Source of the DNA: a virus
Lineage: Duplodnaviria > Caudoviricetes
Virus record (IMG/VR): IMGVR_UViG_3300021960_007579
Coordinates: 773 to 64,772 of that record
Direction: 5' to 3' (one strand)
DNA length: 64,000 bases
In this document: piece after piece, positions 50,082 to 59,945 of the stretch
Layout: each line of letters begins with the position of its first letter
How positions within the stretch are numbered: the stretch's first letter is position 1
Position numbers and translations under genes: made by a program
The notes under the pieces: model-generated
Database searches by the model: none
The model's input: only the letters and a program-made list of their open reading frames with translations
Told to the model about the DNA's origin: nothing

Positions 50082-50129
50082 AATTATATTAAAATATATT
50101 TATAATAAAAGAAATAAATCCATTTTAAA

Positions 50130-50399
50130 TTGATTGAATCGTTGTTCCATAACTCAGACGTTGATGATGAATTCGAAGAAAGTTTTAGAAGGGGGATAGA
50201 CAACTCTTATCTAATCTTTACGGGGCAGAAAACCTACCCCGAGATCCTTTCTGATGGGGATGACTCTCACTTTTTCTTCTTTGACCCAGACACTCAGCCC
50301 ACCAAAGAAGATGTGTGGGACCTTATTTATATTTATGAGGAATATGAAGAGTACGAAAAGTGTGGAGAACTATTAAACCTTATTAAAGTTTTAAAATGA
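50130..50399 (+). CDS. Hypothetical protein with EEYEKC (UVR-like) helix
   Basis: YEEYEEYEKCGEL. Confidence 0.6.
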   Translation: MIESLFHNSDVDDEFEESFRRGIDNSYLIFTGQKTYPEILSDGDDSHFFFFDPDTQPTKEDVWDLIYIYEEYEEYEKCGELLNLIKVLK

Positions 50400-50635
50400 A
50401 GTTACACAACTTAAACACCCACGAAGAAACACCATCCAAACTAAGACACCTCTCACATAACCCAACAGGAGAACTAATCAAACTCTTCACCGAAAAAATG
50501 GGTGTTATAAAGAGACATAGAAGGATTAATGAAAAAATTATTGATGGTCAATGGTCATCCAATGGACACAAAACATTCTACCTCAAGATGTTAGAAAATT
50601 TCAAAAAAATTTTTAATATTTTTTTTATTTCGTGC

Positions 50636-50665
50636 TTGACAAACTAAAAATACTTCATATATTTG
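50636..50665 (+). promoter_or_regulatory. Strong Bacteroidota-type promoter for the ncRNA
   Basis: AT-rich upstream tract, TTGAC, 19-nt spacer from TTG, TATATTTG; boxA-like GTTCTTTGA at 50692. Confidence 0.75.
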
Positions 50666-50704
50666 TACAAGAATTGAGAAATCAATCAATCGTTCTTTGA
50701 TTTA

Positions 50705-51520
50705 AAGATATTGGCCGCCTATGGTCACTAAATAAACCACGAAAGTGGGATAAAGTGATGTCCTCATTTACAGAGGGGATGTTGCGGCTTCGGTAACGGA
50801 GCTCGAGTAGGCAAGCGGGATATCATTTCATCTTTAGTATCGAGGGTAACACTGTAGAGAAAGTGATGTAATGACCGGGTGATGTGGGTCATTCGGTTGA
50901 GGTGGGAACACCAATAAGAATAACTCGTAGGATGTTACAGGAAACATGACTCCAATCATGTGATTGTGTATTCCAATATGATGGGAATCTTAAAACCGAA
51001 AGGTAAGATGGTGTACAGGTGGTGCTGTTATCATCCTTTAATTAACCCTACCAAGGGTTTTTTAATGAAGGGGTCCAAAAGTATGGAGGTCGGGAGGTCT
51101 CAGAGAGTAGTTTAGTATCGTGTCGTTCAAAAGATGACATGGCTGGTGATGGGCCGCTACTTTCACAATCCACAAGTAAAACTTTATTTGGATATGCAAC
51201 TTCCAAAGTTAATTAAACAGACAAAGGAAAAGTGTCCATCAGTCATTCGGAGAAAGGTGACTACTTAGTCGTGAGGGGTTCACGGCCATAAAGGTTCCCA
51301 AGACCAATATGATTTTTGAGAAAGTTCTCTAAACCCGCAAGGTCCAATCAGGGAGGCATCCTTGAAGAGCAACGAGTAACGAAAGAGTATCCAATGACTC
51401 AAGGAGTGGTAGGTCTAACTTACCGTCACTGAATCGATACTGTTCAAAAGACAGTGGATAAGAAGGGAAACAATAATCCTTCAAAAGATGGTTCACTAAA
51501 ACGTATAATCTCAGCGTTTT
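50705..51520 (+). ncRNA. Large structured non-coding RNA (~820 nt), GOLLD-like
   Basis: No credible ORF, raised G content, many hairpins (CCAC-GAAA-GTGG, GGTG-GGAA-CACC, ACC-GAAA-GGT, terminal AAAACG-TATAATCTCAG-CGTTTT); bracketed by promoter and terminator. The family name rests on size and context only. Confidence 0.7.
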
Positions 51521-51592
51521 TATTTTTATCGCACACAAGATCACCTAAAGATAATGAGAGGTCTTTGACGTAACACCCGAAGACTAATCACC

Positions 51593-51626
51593 AAACCCTC
51601 GTCCGTAACACCGCGAGGGTTTTTTT
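51593..51626 (+). terminator. Rho-independent terminator after the ncRNA
   Basis: AAACCCTCG-loop-CGAGGGTTT-TTTT. Confidence 0.8.
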
Positions 51627-51670
51627 ATGCCCAAATTTTACTTTTTAAAAACTTTCATGTATCTTTTTGC

Positions 51671-51970
51671 ATGATTAATCCTATTACATTATATCAATGG
51701 GCAAAAAGGAGGTTTGGAAAAAGTAAATGTTTAAAGGTTGTTTACCACAATAACAAACAGAGTTATTATGGTGAATATGATTTTGAGAAAAGAGTGATTA
51801 GGTTAAACCTAAGGTACATTCAAAGTTATGGAACACTTTACAGAACAATGGCCCATGAGTGGACTCACGCACAGCAAAGTGAGTATAGGTATTATAAACT
51901 ATTAAAAAAATACGGATATAAAAACCATCCCTACGAGATTATGGCACGTAATAGGGAAAAAAAAGTTTGA
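51671..51970 (+). CDS. Small zincin-like metallopeptidase
   Basis: MAHEWTHAQQ, HPYEIMA. Confidence 0.7.
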   Translation: MINPITLYQWAKRRFGKSKCLKVVYHNNKQSYYGEYDFEKRVIRLNLRYIQSYGTLYRTMAHEWTHAQQSEYRYYKLLKKYGYKNHPYEIMARNREKKV

Positions 51971-52168
51971 TATAATCGAATATATTTTTTATATTTGGTG
52001 AAATAGTTCATATGAGTCGAGTGTTATCAGTAAAGAATGGTATAAAGTATTTCAAAAACCAGAGAGAAAAGTCAAACTCTCAGGATAAATGGGATTATTA
52101 CAATGATGAGATTTATCGTTTAGAAAAAAAACTTTACGAGTTACAATTAATAGAAGAACTCAAGGAGT

Positions 52169-52420
52169 ATGAAAGTAGATAAGACTCCACTTGAGATGGT
52201 ATCCTCCCAATTAAAGGATTGGGTTGATAGGACAGAAGACGAAATCGCTACATATCCTCTAATTGCTGCCATTGAGATCGTACATAGAGCAATGGCATAT
52301 GAAGAAGAGTTCGCCTCTAAAATTTATGATGATGGTGCCAGTTCCATTTATGGATATGAGACTGGTAGAAAATATTTTTTAGATCAGTTTAAAAAAGGTG
52401 GACCAACCAATAACAAATAA
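52169..52420 (+). CDS. Hypothetical protein
   Basis: 83-aa ORF in operon behind promoter 51966-51997. Confidence 0.6.
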   Translation: MKVDKTPLEMVSSQLKDWVDRTEDEIATYPLIAAIEIVHRAMAYEEEFASKIYDDGASSIYGYETGRKYFLDQFKKGGPTNNK

Positions 52421-53135
52421 TCAAAAAACCGAAGAAGTTAAATCAGTTCTTAAGGGTGTCCTTAATGAACAGGCAAACACATGGAATGCCAAGGCTCGGG
52501 AAAAGTTAACTTTTAGAAAACTTTTAGAGTTGGAGTGGTTACACGATGGAACATTTGTTAAGTCTGATAAGAAGTTCATCGATAATCTTAAATCACTTTA
52601 TTTCTCCTATCAACAGACCTCATTCACAACCTCAAGTATGGTTGAAGATTATTATGTGGTCCATGAGATTTTTGGTCCGAAACAATCACCGGACTATATG
52701 TTCATTACTCCCAAGGGATTCTTCGGTATTGAGGACAAATCGGGGAAGAATGGAAACATAGAATGGAACACAGGTAGTCCGGGGGAAAACAAAATCATTA
52801 CTTTTTTTCATAAAAAAGAAAAGACGGTTCATTTGATTAGTAGTTACGAATATAATTGGACCATTGAACGTCAAATAAAGTATAAAGAACTTAAGAAAGA
52901 CGTAATAGACTATGGATACCGTAAATGGGCGGAAATGTATCCTAACAGTAATGAGAAGGTTTTACAGAAAATGACTTACTACGCTCGACCTATGTTAAGG
53001 GATGCCAATAAGGTGGTTGACCTTTACGATCCCGAAGAGAAGGGTGTCAATAAAATATTAAATCAATTCTTTGACGAGAACACCCCAATTGATCCTATTG
53101 ACCCCATGATTGGTGGTCAACTTTCTTTATTTTAA
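52398..53135 (+). CDS. Hypothetical protein
   Basis: 245-aa ORF ending QLSLF. Confidence 0.7.
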   Translation: MDQPITNNQKTEEVKSVLKGVLNEQANTWNAKAREKLTFRKLLELEWLHDGTFVKSDKKFIDNLKSLYFSYQQTSFTTSSMVEDYYVVHEIFGPKQSPDYMFITPKGFFGIEDKSGKNGNIEWNTGSPGENKIITFFHKKEKTVHLISSYEYNWTIERQIKYKELKKDVIDYGYRKWAEMYPNSNEKVLQKMTYYARPMLRDANKVVDLYDPEEKGVNKILNQFFDENTPIDPIDPMIGGQLSLF

Positions 53136-53154
53136 CTAAATGTATTTATTCGTT

Positions 53155-53367
53155 ATGAAACCAAGAACACTAAAACCATGGTCCTATGTAAAAGAACGTA
53201 GGTACGATTTATCTTCACTAACTAAGGGATGGGGGGCAACGAATCCTGATGACTATTATTTTCAGTTGGACCATTCTTCGATGACCTACACCCCTGCGGT
53301 TTTAAAAGTAGATTTGGACAATTTACCAGAACCGACATTTAAACCCCAAAGAGAAAAGTTTCATTAG
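53155..53367 (+). CDS. Hypothetical protein
   Basis: Start after GTATTTAT motif. Confidence 0.5.
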   Translation: MKPRTLKPWSYVKERRYDLSSLTKGWGATNPDDYYFQLDHSSMTYTPAVLKVDLDNLPEPTFKPQREKFH

Positions 53368-53386
53368 TTTTAGATATTTATAAAAT

Positions 53387-54679
53387 ATGAAAAAAACCCT
53401 AAAAGAGGAGTTGGAGAGAATCCACACATTAACCTATGGTAAAACCATGGGATCTACTCTTATTGAGGGTATCTTCTCTGAAGAAAATAAAGACGAAAAG
53501 AAGGCCGATACAGTACCACCAGATGTCCAAGAGTTTTTTGATACTTTAGAAGGGGCAATAAGTAGTGGTGGGTTATCACAACAAAAATCTGGATCTTATG
53601 ATTTTGTAAAGGGTGTTGAGTCTATGCAAATAGGTCTCACACTTTTAGGATATGAATTACCTCGTCACGGTGTTGACGGTTTATTTGGTCCTGAGACTGC
53701 CGCCGCGGTTAGTAAGTTTAATGAAGATAATAAAGTTTTATCTGAAGCCGTTGAGTATGATGCCACAGGATTAATTGGTAAACCTGGTCAGGGAACACAT
53801 AATGCGTCTGATTGGCAAAGTAGAAATGCGTGGGATGTTAAGATGGATGTGGGTTCATCTGTTAAATCAATCACTAATGGTACAGTATCCAAAGTATACA
53901 GTGCGGGTAGTGGTATGGTTAGAAGGGGTAATAAGAAGATATATGGTGATCAAATCACCGTCAAAAGTTCAGATGGTCCCGATGTGTTCTATACCCACGT
54001 AGAGTCAAGTGTCAGTAAAGGACAAAGTGTTAGTATAGGTGATGAGATTGGTAAGATTATGACATTACCAGGTATGCCGTCACACGTTCACATTGGATTA
54101 TCTAGTGGTAATCTCTCTGATTATATTTCTAATTTACCAAATGCAACAGGTGGAGGAGATTCCGAGGTTATGTCCAAAGCATCACCCAATATGTTGAGAA
54201 AATTAGTGGACCAATTAAAGTCAAAAGATCTTAAATCTGAAGACATTAAAAAGTATACTAATATGGGTATTGATACTGAAGGTTTAGTCGATAAGAATTT
54301 CTATGAGAAATTATTGGAAAATCTCGGAGCACCTGTAAGTGAGGAAAACTTAAAATATCTATACGCTTGGAGACAGGCAGAGGGTAAGGCGGGTGACTTT
54401 AACCCATTTAATACAACACAACCAATGGACGGTGCCACGAAATTTAATAAGGTTGGTGTAAGAAACTATGTATCGTTGGAACAGGGTATGGTTGCCACAA
54501 TTAAAACACTTAAGAATGGCTATTATGATTGTATCGTAGAAGGTCTACGAAACGACATAGGGGCTGATAAGATCGCACAATGTCCTTCTCTTAAAACTTG
54601 GGGTACAGGTGGGTTAGTGGCCAAGGTATTAAATAGTTACAATAGAGGGGCCTCCCCCAAAGTCTCATCCCTTGCGTAA
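53387..54679 (+). CDS. Modular cell-wall hydrolase: PG-binding + M23 peptidase + lysozyme-like domain
   Basis: VDGLFGPET; H..D.., YTH, SHVHIG; AWRQAEG..NPFNTT..GVRNY. Confidence 0.75.
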   Translation: MKKTLKEELERIHTLTYGKTMGSTLIEGIFSEENKDEKKADTVPPDVQEFFDTLEGAISSGGLSQQKSGSYDFVKGVESMQIGLTLLGYELPRHGVDGLFGPETAAAVSKFNEDNKVLSEAVEYDATGLIGKPGQGTHNASDWQSRNAWDVKMDVGSSVKSITNGTVSKVYSAGSGMVRRGNKKIYGDQITVKSSDGPDVFYTHVESSVSKGQSVSIGDEIGKIMTLPGMPSHVHIGLSSGNLSDYISNLPNATGGGDSEVMSKASPNMLRKLVDQLKSKDLKSEDIKKYTNMGIDTEGLVDKNFYEKLLENLGAPVSEENLKYLYAWRQAEGKAGDFNPFNTTQPMDGATKFNKVGVRNYVSLEQGMVATIKTLKNGYYDCIVEGLRNDIGADKIAQCPSLKTWGTGGLVAKVLNSYNRGASPKVSSLA

Positions 54680-54858
54680 TGAAGTTACTAATAACAGAAC
54701 AACAGCTCAGTAAGATTGTAGAAGATAAAAAGAAATCCAAGAAGAAAAAAGACTTCGATCGTGTGGATTTCTACTTTGGTTATTATAAGAACTTAACCCC
54801 ATCAGATTTTGATATCTGTAAAAAAGGTGACGATATAATCATCACTATCCCCAAGTAA
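54679..54858 (+). CDS. 59-aa protein with leader motif (not in ORF track)
   Basis: MKLLITEQQLSKIVED... Confidence 0.65.
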   Translation: MKLLITEQQLSKIVEDKKKSKKKKDFDRVDFYFGYYKNLTPSDFDICKKGDDIIITIPK

Positions 54859-54899
54859 TATTTGTTGACTTTATGGTTTTAATTTCATATATTTTTTAT

Positions 54900-55202
54900 A
54901 TGAGATTAAATAGAGACCAAAAAAAAGAATTGGCCGTTGAACATCTTATAGATAAGATGTTTGAAATCGCGGGACACGATGTCACCTTCCAAGATATAAA
55001 GGGAAGGGAGGATAATTGGTTCCAAGAGTGGACTATGACAGTGGAACAATCTGAACAATGGAAAAAGTATGGTTCAGATTACCTGAGAAAACTTTTTAGA
55101 TGGAATAAAAAAATGGCAGATAATGAAATGCTATGGTTCAACCTGCAATGGGGATTAAAATACAGTGATTTTGGGAGCGTCAGCGGAAATAAAACTAATT
55201 AA
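54900..55202 (+). CDS. Hypothetical protein
   Basis: Trp-rich ORF after a TTGAC promoter. Confidence 0.65.
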   Translation: MRLNRDQKKELAVEHLIDKMFEIAGHDVTFQDIKGREDNWFQEWTMTVEQSEQWKKYGSDYLRKLFRWNKKMADNEMLWFNLQWGLKYSDFGSVSGNKTN

Positions 55203-55797
55203 ATACTTAGATCAATTAACTGAGGGTTCTACTTTCATTGAAATTGGTTCCACATCACCACCTGGACCATTTGGATCCACCTGTTTCTTTAGGAGATTAT
55301 GTACGGGTAATAACTTTAGGTTTTATTCCATTGATATAGATGAGGATAACCACAAAGAACTATTAGAAATTGATCCGCACTTAGAGGGTCATTTGATTCA
55401 TGCGTATGGGGAGGAGTTTCTTCAAAACTATAACATGGAGGAGTATGGTCCAATCTCATGTGCTTATTTAGATGGGTTTGATTGGGTGTACAATTTAAAT
55501 GATTTAGATCTCGATCAGGTTCAAAGTTATAAGGATCGGGGGGAAGAACTAAACAATACAAACTCACAGGTTTCTCATTTAAAACAAACCATGTACATCG
55601 AACAGTATTCCGATGAGAAATGTATCATATTATACGATGATACCTGGTTATGTCCCCAACAAGATATCTACATTGGTAAGGGAGCTGCATCCATTTACTA
55701 CCTATTATCATTGGGATGGAAAATCATCGATTTTGATCGTAGTGGTTTAGAAGTCCCTCACCAAGCCATGATGATAGGTAAAAATATCAATGAATAG
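55165..55797 (+). CDS. Class I SAM methyltransferase-like protein
   Basis: FIEIGS, YSID, YLDGFD, ILYDDT, GKG. Confidence 0.65.
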   Translation: MILGASAEIKLIKYLDQLTEGSTFIEIGSTSPPGPFGSTCFFRRLCTGNNFRFYSIDIDEDNHKELLEIDPHLEGHLIHAYGEEFLQNYNMEEYGPISCAYLDGFDWVYNLNDLDLDQVQSYKDRGEELNNTNSQVSHLKQTMYIEQYSDEKCIILYDDTWLCPQQDIYIGKGAASIYYLLSLGWKIIDFDRSGLEVPHQAMMIGKNINE

Positions 55798-56917
55798 TTT
55801 AAAAGTATATCGGGTTTCAGAGGATTCCGATTTACGGAGTCATCGGTTTTTGGATCAACACCATTCACTTCCCTTTATTTTAGAGGGAAGTCATTTTAAT
55901 TTTGTTACCTCTGTGGAAGAATCGGACATTGTTGTTATTCTTTCGGACACGGGGGATTTGGAATTCCAAAGAGATTTTATTCAACGACATTATGGGGGAC
56001 AACTTATATTGGTTCTTCATATCTTTCATTCGGAGGAGAACTTCTCTGCTCAGTCGGTACTAAATCGGTATGTGGAGGTGTTTGATTTCACTACTCGTTT
56101 GAAGATTGTTCATACGGAATTGAATTTTCAAGGGGGGATTTACTACGATTGGTTATGGAACAGACAGAAAATGTTATTTACCGATTATACCACTTATCGT
56201 TTAGAGAGTTACAATTATATGGATCGAGCATCCAAGAAGATGTATCAATTGGGTGAGATAGTTCCAAAGACTTGGGGATGTAGGAAGTTCTTATGTATCA
56301 ATCGAATAAGAAAGGACGACTTCACGGACAGGAATGTACGTAGAATATTTCTACGGGAATATCTAAAATTAAAGGACGGGTATATCAACGATCCCGAGAA
56401 CAACATCAAGTACATCTCACAGGAATCTGTCCCTTATTATACTCACACCCTTTCTTCTGTTACCACCGATTTTCATTTGGATGCGGGATTTGGTAAGGTA
56501 CATCCCATTCACGACATCTATTATCAGGACACGGTTTTCAGTATTTATGTAGAGACCTTAACTTACTTTGGTCAAGAGAGGATGAGGACCATCACTGAGA
56601 AGACGTGGAATCCTTTGATTAAAGGACACTACATTCTTCCCTACGGGTATTGTGGGATGATCAAAGACATTCGGGGGTATGGGTTTATGTTACCTGATTG
56701 GATAGATTACTCTTACGATTCGATAGAGAATGATTCGATTCGGTTTATGAAGTACATTGAATCCATCAATAAGTTACTTGATTTATCCAATCAGCAATTG
56801 ATTACCTTAAATGACAATGGGTTGGATATGTTAAGGTACAATAGGAGGTTATTCTTTAAAAGGGATTACCATAGTTTATATTCTTCGGTGGTTAAGGAGT
56901 TTACCGATCGGGAATAA
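55790..56917 (+). CDS. Glycosyltransferase-like (GT10-related GT-B)
   Basis: FLCINR, SIYVET, ITEKTWNPL..GH, IDYSYD. Confidence 0.55.
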   Translation: MNSLKVYRVSEDSDLRSHRFLDQHHSLPFILEGSHFNFVTSVEESDIVVILSDTGDLEFQRDFIQRHYGGQLILVLHIFHSEENFSAQSVLNRYVEVFDFTTRLKIVHTELNFQGGIYYDWLWNRQKMLFTDYTTYRLESYNYMDRASKKMYQLGEIVPKTWGCRKFLCINRIRKDDFTDRNVRRIFLREYLKLKDGYINDPENNIKYISQESVPYYTHTLSSVTTDFHLDAGFGKVHPIHDIYYQDTVFSIYVETLTYFGQERMRTITEKTWNPLIKGHYILPYGYCGMIKDIRGYGFMLPDWIDYSYDSIENDSIRFMKYIESINKLLDLSNQQLITLNDNGLDMLRYNRRLFFKRDYHSLYSSVVKEFTDRE

Positions 56918-56921
56918 TTCC

Positions 56922-57605
56922 TTACCTAAAGGTATATAACTCAGATAATAATCCCGATAGGTAATAATTGTCGGGGTGTCTATTGGTATTCCACCCACCG
57001 CTAAAGGTGACACCTTGCGAGGGGGAGATGGTATTGAGTTCAATAAAGTCCACGGGACCTTCGATGAATTGTTCATAGGTTTGAATCTCATTCCCACCAA
57101 AATTCATAATGACCACCAGTTTATAGTTGGAGGTTACTTTATTGAGGGAATCTCGTATGATTCTACCTCTGTGTTTAATCTCTTCTATAATTTGGTCTTT
57201 GGATTTATCCAATGAGATTTTATACAGGTCTAGTGGATGTTGGGTTAATTCGGGGGAGAACATAACAACAAAGAGTTTCTTATCGGGACTTTGACACATA
57301 GTTCTAAAACGATTCACGCATCTATGGTAATAAGAATAATGTTCATCGGTTCGTGGGTCTTTATGGAAGAAGAAGTCTTCGTGGTAGAGACTATGTCCAC
57401 AGGATTGTGGGTGGTATGGATGGGCAACATCCACATAATAGGATGGGTCCAAGAATTTGTTAAAGTCATCTTCCAAACAATCCTTAATGATTTTCTCATC
57501 ACTGAAGACCCAATCAAAGGGATAGGATGTATTCTTTAGTTTAAGTCTTTGTAAGAGTCTTCCCGTGTGACAGATGGTTCCCAAAGAACAGATATATTTG
57601 TACAT
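56922..57605 (-). CDS. DUF1796-like putative papain-like protein
   Basis: SLGTICH, SYPFDW, Y.RCVNRF. Confidence 0.7.
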   Translation of the reverse strand: MYKYICSLGTICHTGRLLQRLKLKNTSYPFDWVFSDEKIIKDCLEDDFNKFLDPSYYVDVAHPYHPQSCGHSLYHEDFFFHKDPRTDEHYSYYHRCVNRFRTMCQSPDKKLFVVMFSPELTQHPLDLYKISLDKSKDQIIEEIKHRGRIIRDSLNKVTSNYKLVVIMNFGGNEIQTYEQFIEGPVDFIELNTISPSQGVTFSGGWNTNRHPDNYYLSGLLSELYTFR

Positions 57606-58013
57606 GTTGTTTTTAACTATAAATATCCCCGAAGGGTCCGTTTCGGTCGGGGTTTAACTATTTATGAGGATGAAGGGTATACTTAACTTCTTGGTATTCA
57701 TTTGTGTAATTTCTTTATACATGTTTACCATACTTTGTTTCACATTATACTTCCCAATATACCATTTTGTTAGGGGGATTAGGGGGAAGTAGATCAAGGT
57801 AGGCAGTAACTGATGGTCCCCTTTCAGGGGAACCATTATCCACATAAGGTATATTTATGGGGTAGTATGTTAGGTATTGCATTTTCCTTTTGTCTTATTA
57901 TGGGTTTAGTATTAATTCCGATCCTTATGATCGAGTATGTGACCCGAAAAAAAAAGAAGTGAGGGCTTGATTCCCAACTTCGCGGGGAGTATCTTTATAA
58001 CAAAAATACTGTT

Positions 58014-58952
58014 ATGAAGAAACTTCTTTTCTTAGTTACCATATTGTATAGTGTCAATGTGTACTCTTCTCATATTCTCGGGGGGTTTATCAATGTGGCT
58101 CAAACTTCCTATGATTCTACCAGTATAGGACTAACTCTTTTATTAGATCATCAAGGGGTAATTCCCAACAGTGTTACGGTTTCCAAGTGGGAAAAAAACA
58201 GCGTGGGGTTTTACGTACAGAATGGTTATATCACATTAACCCAAGGTCATGTTGCCATTCCTTATCAGGGGGATTACTTAGTTACGTATGTGTCGAATTA
58301 TTTAGATTTAGATAGTAATGCCTATAGGTTTATCTATCAGAATTGTTGCTGGGGGATGATCTCTAACAGTACAAGTAGTCAAAACAGTAGTGTAGTTATA
58401 TCTGCCGACTATCTCCACATACCCAATAATTCCACTCCGAATATAGGAGATATGAATGTATTGTTTCATAATCAACAGGTATCCATTAGAAATACGATGA
58501 AACCATTAATGGATATCAATCCGATAAAGGGATATTTTCGTAATAAGGATCCTTTCGATGTGGTGGTTATCTCTCAGGATGATCTTTTCGGGGGTCATGC
58601 CAATAATGTATTTGTTCCTCAGGTATATAACTACAATAATATGAGTCTTCACATAGACAATGACAGTATTAGTTGGATTCCTCCTGCACTGGGTCAGTAT
58701 GGTATAGGGATAAAGGTGGAGGATTACCGAAATGGGACTTTAATCGGTACTCAGAGAATACAGTGGGTCTTTAATGTGGTGACTTCTACCGTAGGTATAG
58801 AGGAGTTAACCAAATCGGGGGAGTACAAGATATATGATTGGTATGGAAATTATATGGGATCACATATAAAAGACTTAGAAAGGTCAGGATTATATGTATT
58901 AAGATATAGTAATGGGTATGTAGAAAAAATCTATTATATGTTTGATTTTTAA
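58014..58952 (+). CDS. Secreted Bacteroidota-like protein with T9SS C-terminal-like domain
   Basis: Signal peptide then SHILGG; NCCW; TVGIEE..KIYDWYG...GLYVLRYSNG. Confidence 0.65.
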   Translation: MKKLLFLVTILYSVNVYSSHILGGFINVAQTSYDSTSIGLTLLLDHQGVIPNSVTVSKWEKNSVGFYVQNGYITLTQGHVAIPYQGDYLVTYVSNYLDLDSNAYRFIYQNCCWGMISNSTSSQNSSVVISADYLHIPNNSTPNIGDMNVLFHNQQVSIRNTMKPLMDINPIKGYFRNKDPFDVVVISQDDLFGGHANNVFVPQVYNYNNMSLHIDNDSISWIPPALGQYGIGIKVEDYRNGTLIGTQRIQWVFNVVTSTVGIEELTKSGEYKIYDWYGNYMGSHIKDLERSGLYVLRYSNGYVEKIYYMFDF

Positions 58953-59032
58953 TATCTTTTTTAATATTTTTGTTATGGGATGAAATATATCATTAACGAT
59001 TTAGAATTTAGTAGTAAAAAAAGTATAAAAGA

Positions 59033-59269
59033 ATGTCGAAACAGAATGACAAAAAGCGGTGGGTAAACCTACCATCTTTAGGAAGAACAAGGTTATTTAC
59101 AAAGAAGATTACCATAAACGGTATGGAGGATCTAAATGTGGCCAAAGTAAAGGTACATGATATATGGATGATCTTTGATATAGAAACGGAAGAAGTTATT
59201 GGTCAGGGACTCACATGGACTGATTGTTTAAATATGGTAAAATCTAGGGGACTCATCAATCAAAGGTAA
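59033..59269 (+). CDS. Hypothetical protein
   Basis: 78-aa ORF. Confidence 0.5.
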   Translation: MSKQNDKKRWVNLPSLGRTRLFTKKITINGMEDLNVAKVKVHDIWMIFDIETEEVIGQGLTWTDCLNMVKSRGLINQR

Positions 59270-59273
59270 TGGT

Positions 59274-59945
59274 ATGAGTAGATTAACCATATGGACCTAT
59301 GAAAAGGTTAAGGAGATAACCAAAGAATTTCAGGGGGAGACCCTAAGTAGTTTAAAAAAGAAACACGGGTATTCAGGTATGGTAAGTTTTATAAAAAGGA
59401 ATGGATATACTTCTGAGGAGTTTGGTTTAGTAAATCGAAAGATTCGGGAGGATCATCAACATCGGGGGAAGTACTCCAATTCATCTGAATGGTCTTCATA
59501 TAAGAATATGAGGTTACGTTGTTATGATTCCAATCACAGATCCTATAGATGGTATGGTGCTAAGGGAATAAAGGTATGTGATAGATGGATGGAAACTCCC
59601 TATGGATTTTTAAATATGATTTCAGATTTGGGGGAGAAACCTAACCAGTCCTATCAGATAGATCGTATAGATGAAGATAAGGATTATTCTCCTGAGAACT
59701 GTATGTGGTCTACTCATTTAGAACAGCAACATAGGAGAGGTAAGAAAAGGAGATATCCTAATTGTAGAAAACCATTTAAACATAACATACAACCTAACGA
59801 TAGGTATGGGAAACATATCGTGATTAAAGAATTGGAAAGTATACGAAGAAGAAAATTCTTATGTAGAGAGGAACATACGGGAAAGACTGTTCAGGTTCGT
59901 ATAGATCGATTATTGGAATCGCGGGGGAAGAATCAATATGAATAG
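59274..59945 (+). CDS. HNH-type free-standing homing-endonuclease-like protein
   Basis: MRLRCY...YGAKGIKVCDRW...IDRIDEDKDYSPENCMW.T..EQ. Confidence 0.75.
   Translation: MSRLTIWTYEKVKEITKEFQGETLSSLKKKHGYSGMVSFIKRNGYTSEEFGLVNRKIREDHQHRGKYSNSSEWSSYKNMRLRCYDSNHRSYRWYGAKGIKVCDRWMETPYGFLNMISDLGEKPNQSYQIDRIDEDKDYSPENCMWSTHLEQQHRRGKKRRYPNCRKPFKHNIQPNDRYGKHIVIKELESIRRRKFLCREEHTGKTVQVRIDRLLESRGKNQYE

Noticed and set aside
50705-51520. rRNA, tRNA cluster, tmRNA or group I/II intron; also the minus-strand ORF 51329-51544
   Set aside because: No recognisable rRNA, cloverleaf or tag-peptide features and no interrupted host gene; the ORF is antisense to the structured RNA and looks spurious
58980-59066. 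Pseudogene remnant MKYIINDLEFSSKKSIKE
   Set aside because: Too short to assign without a search
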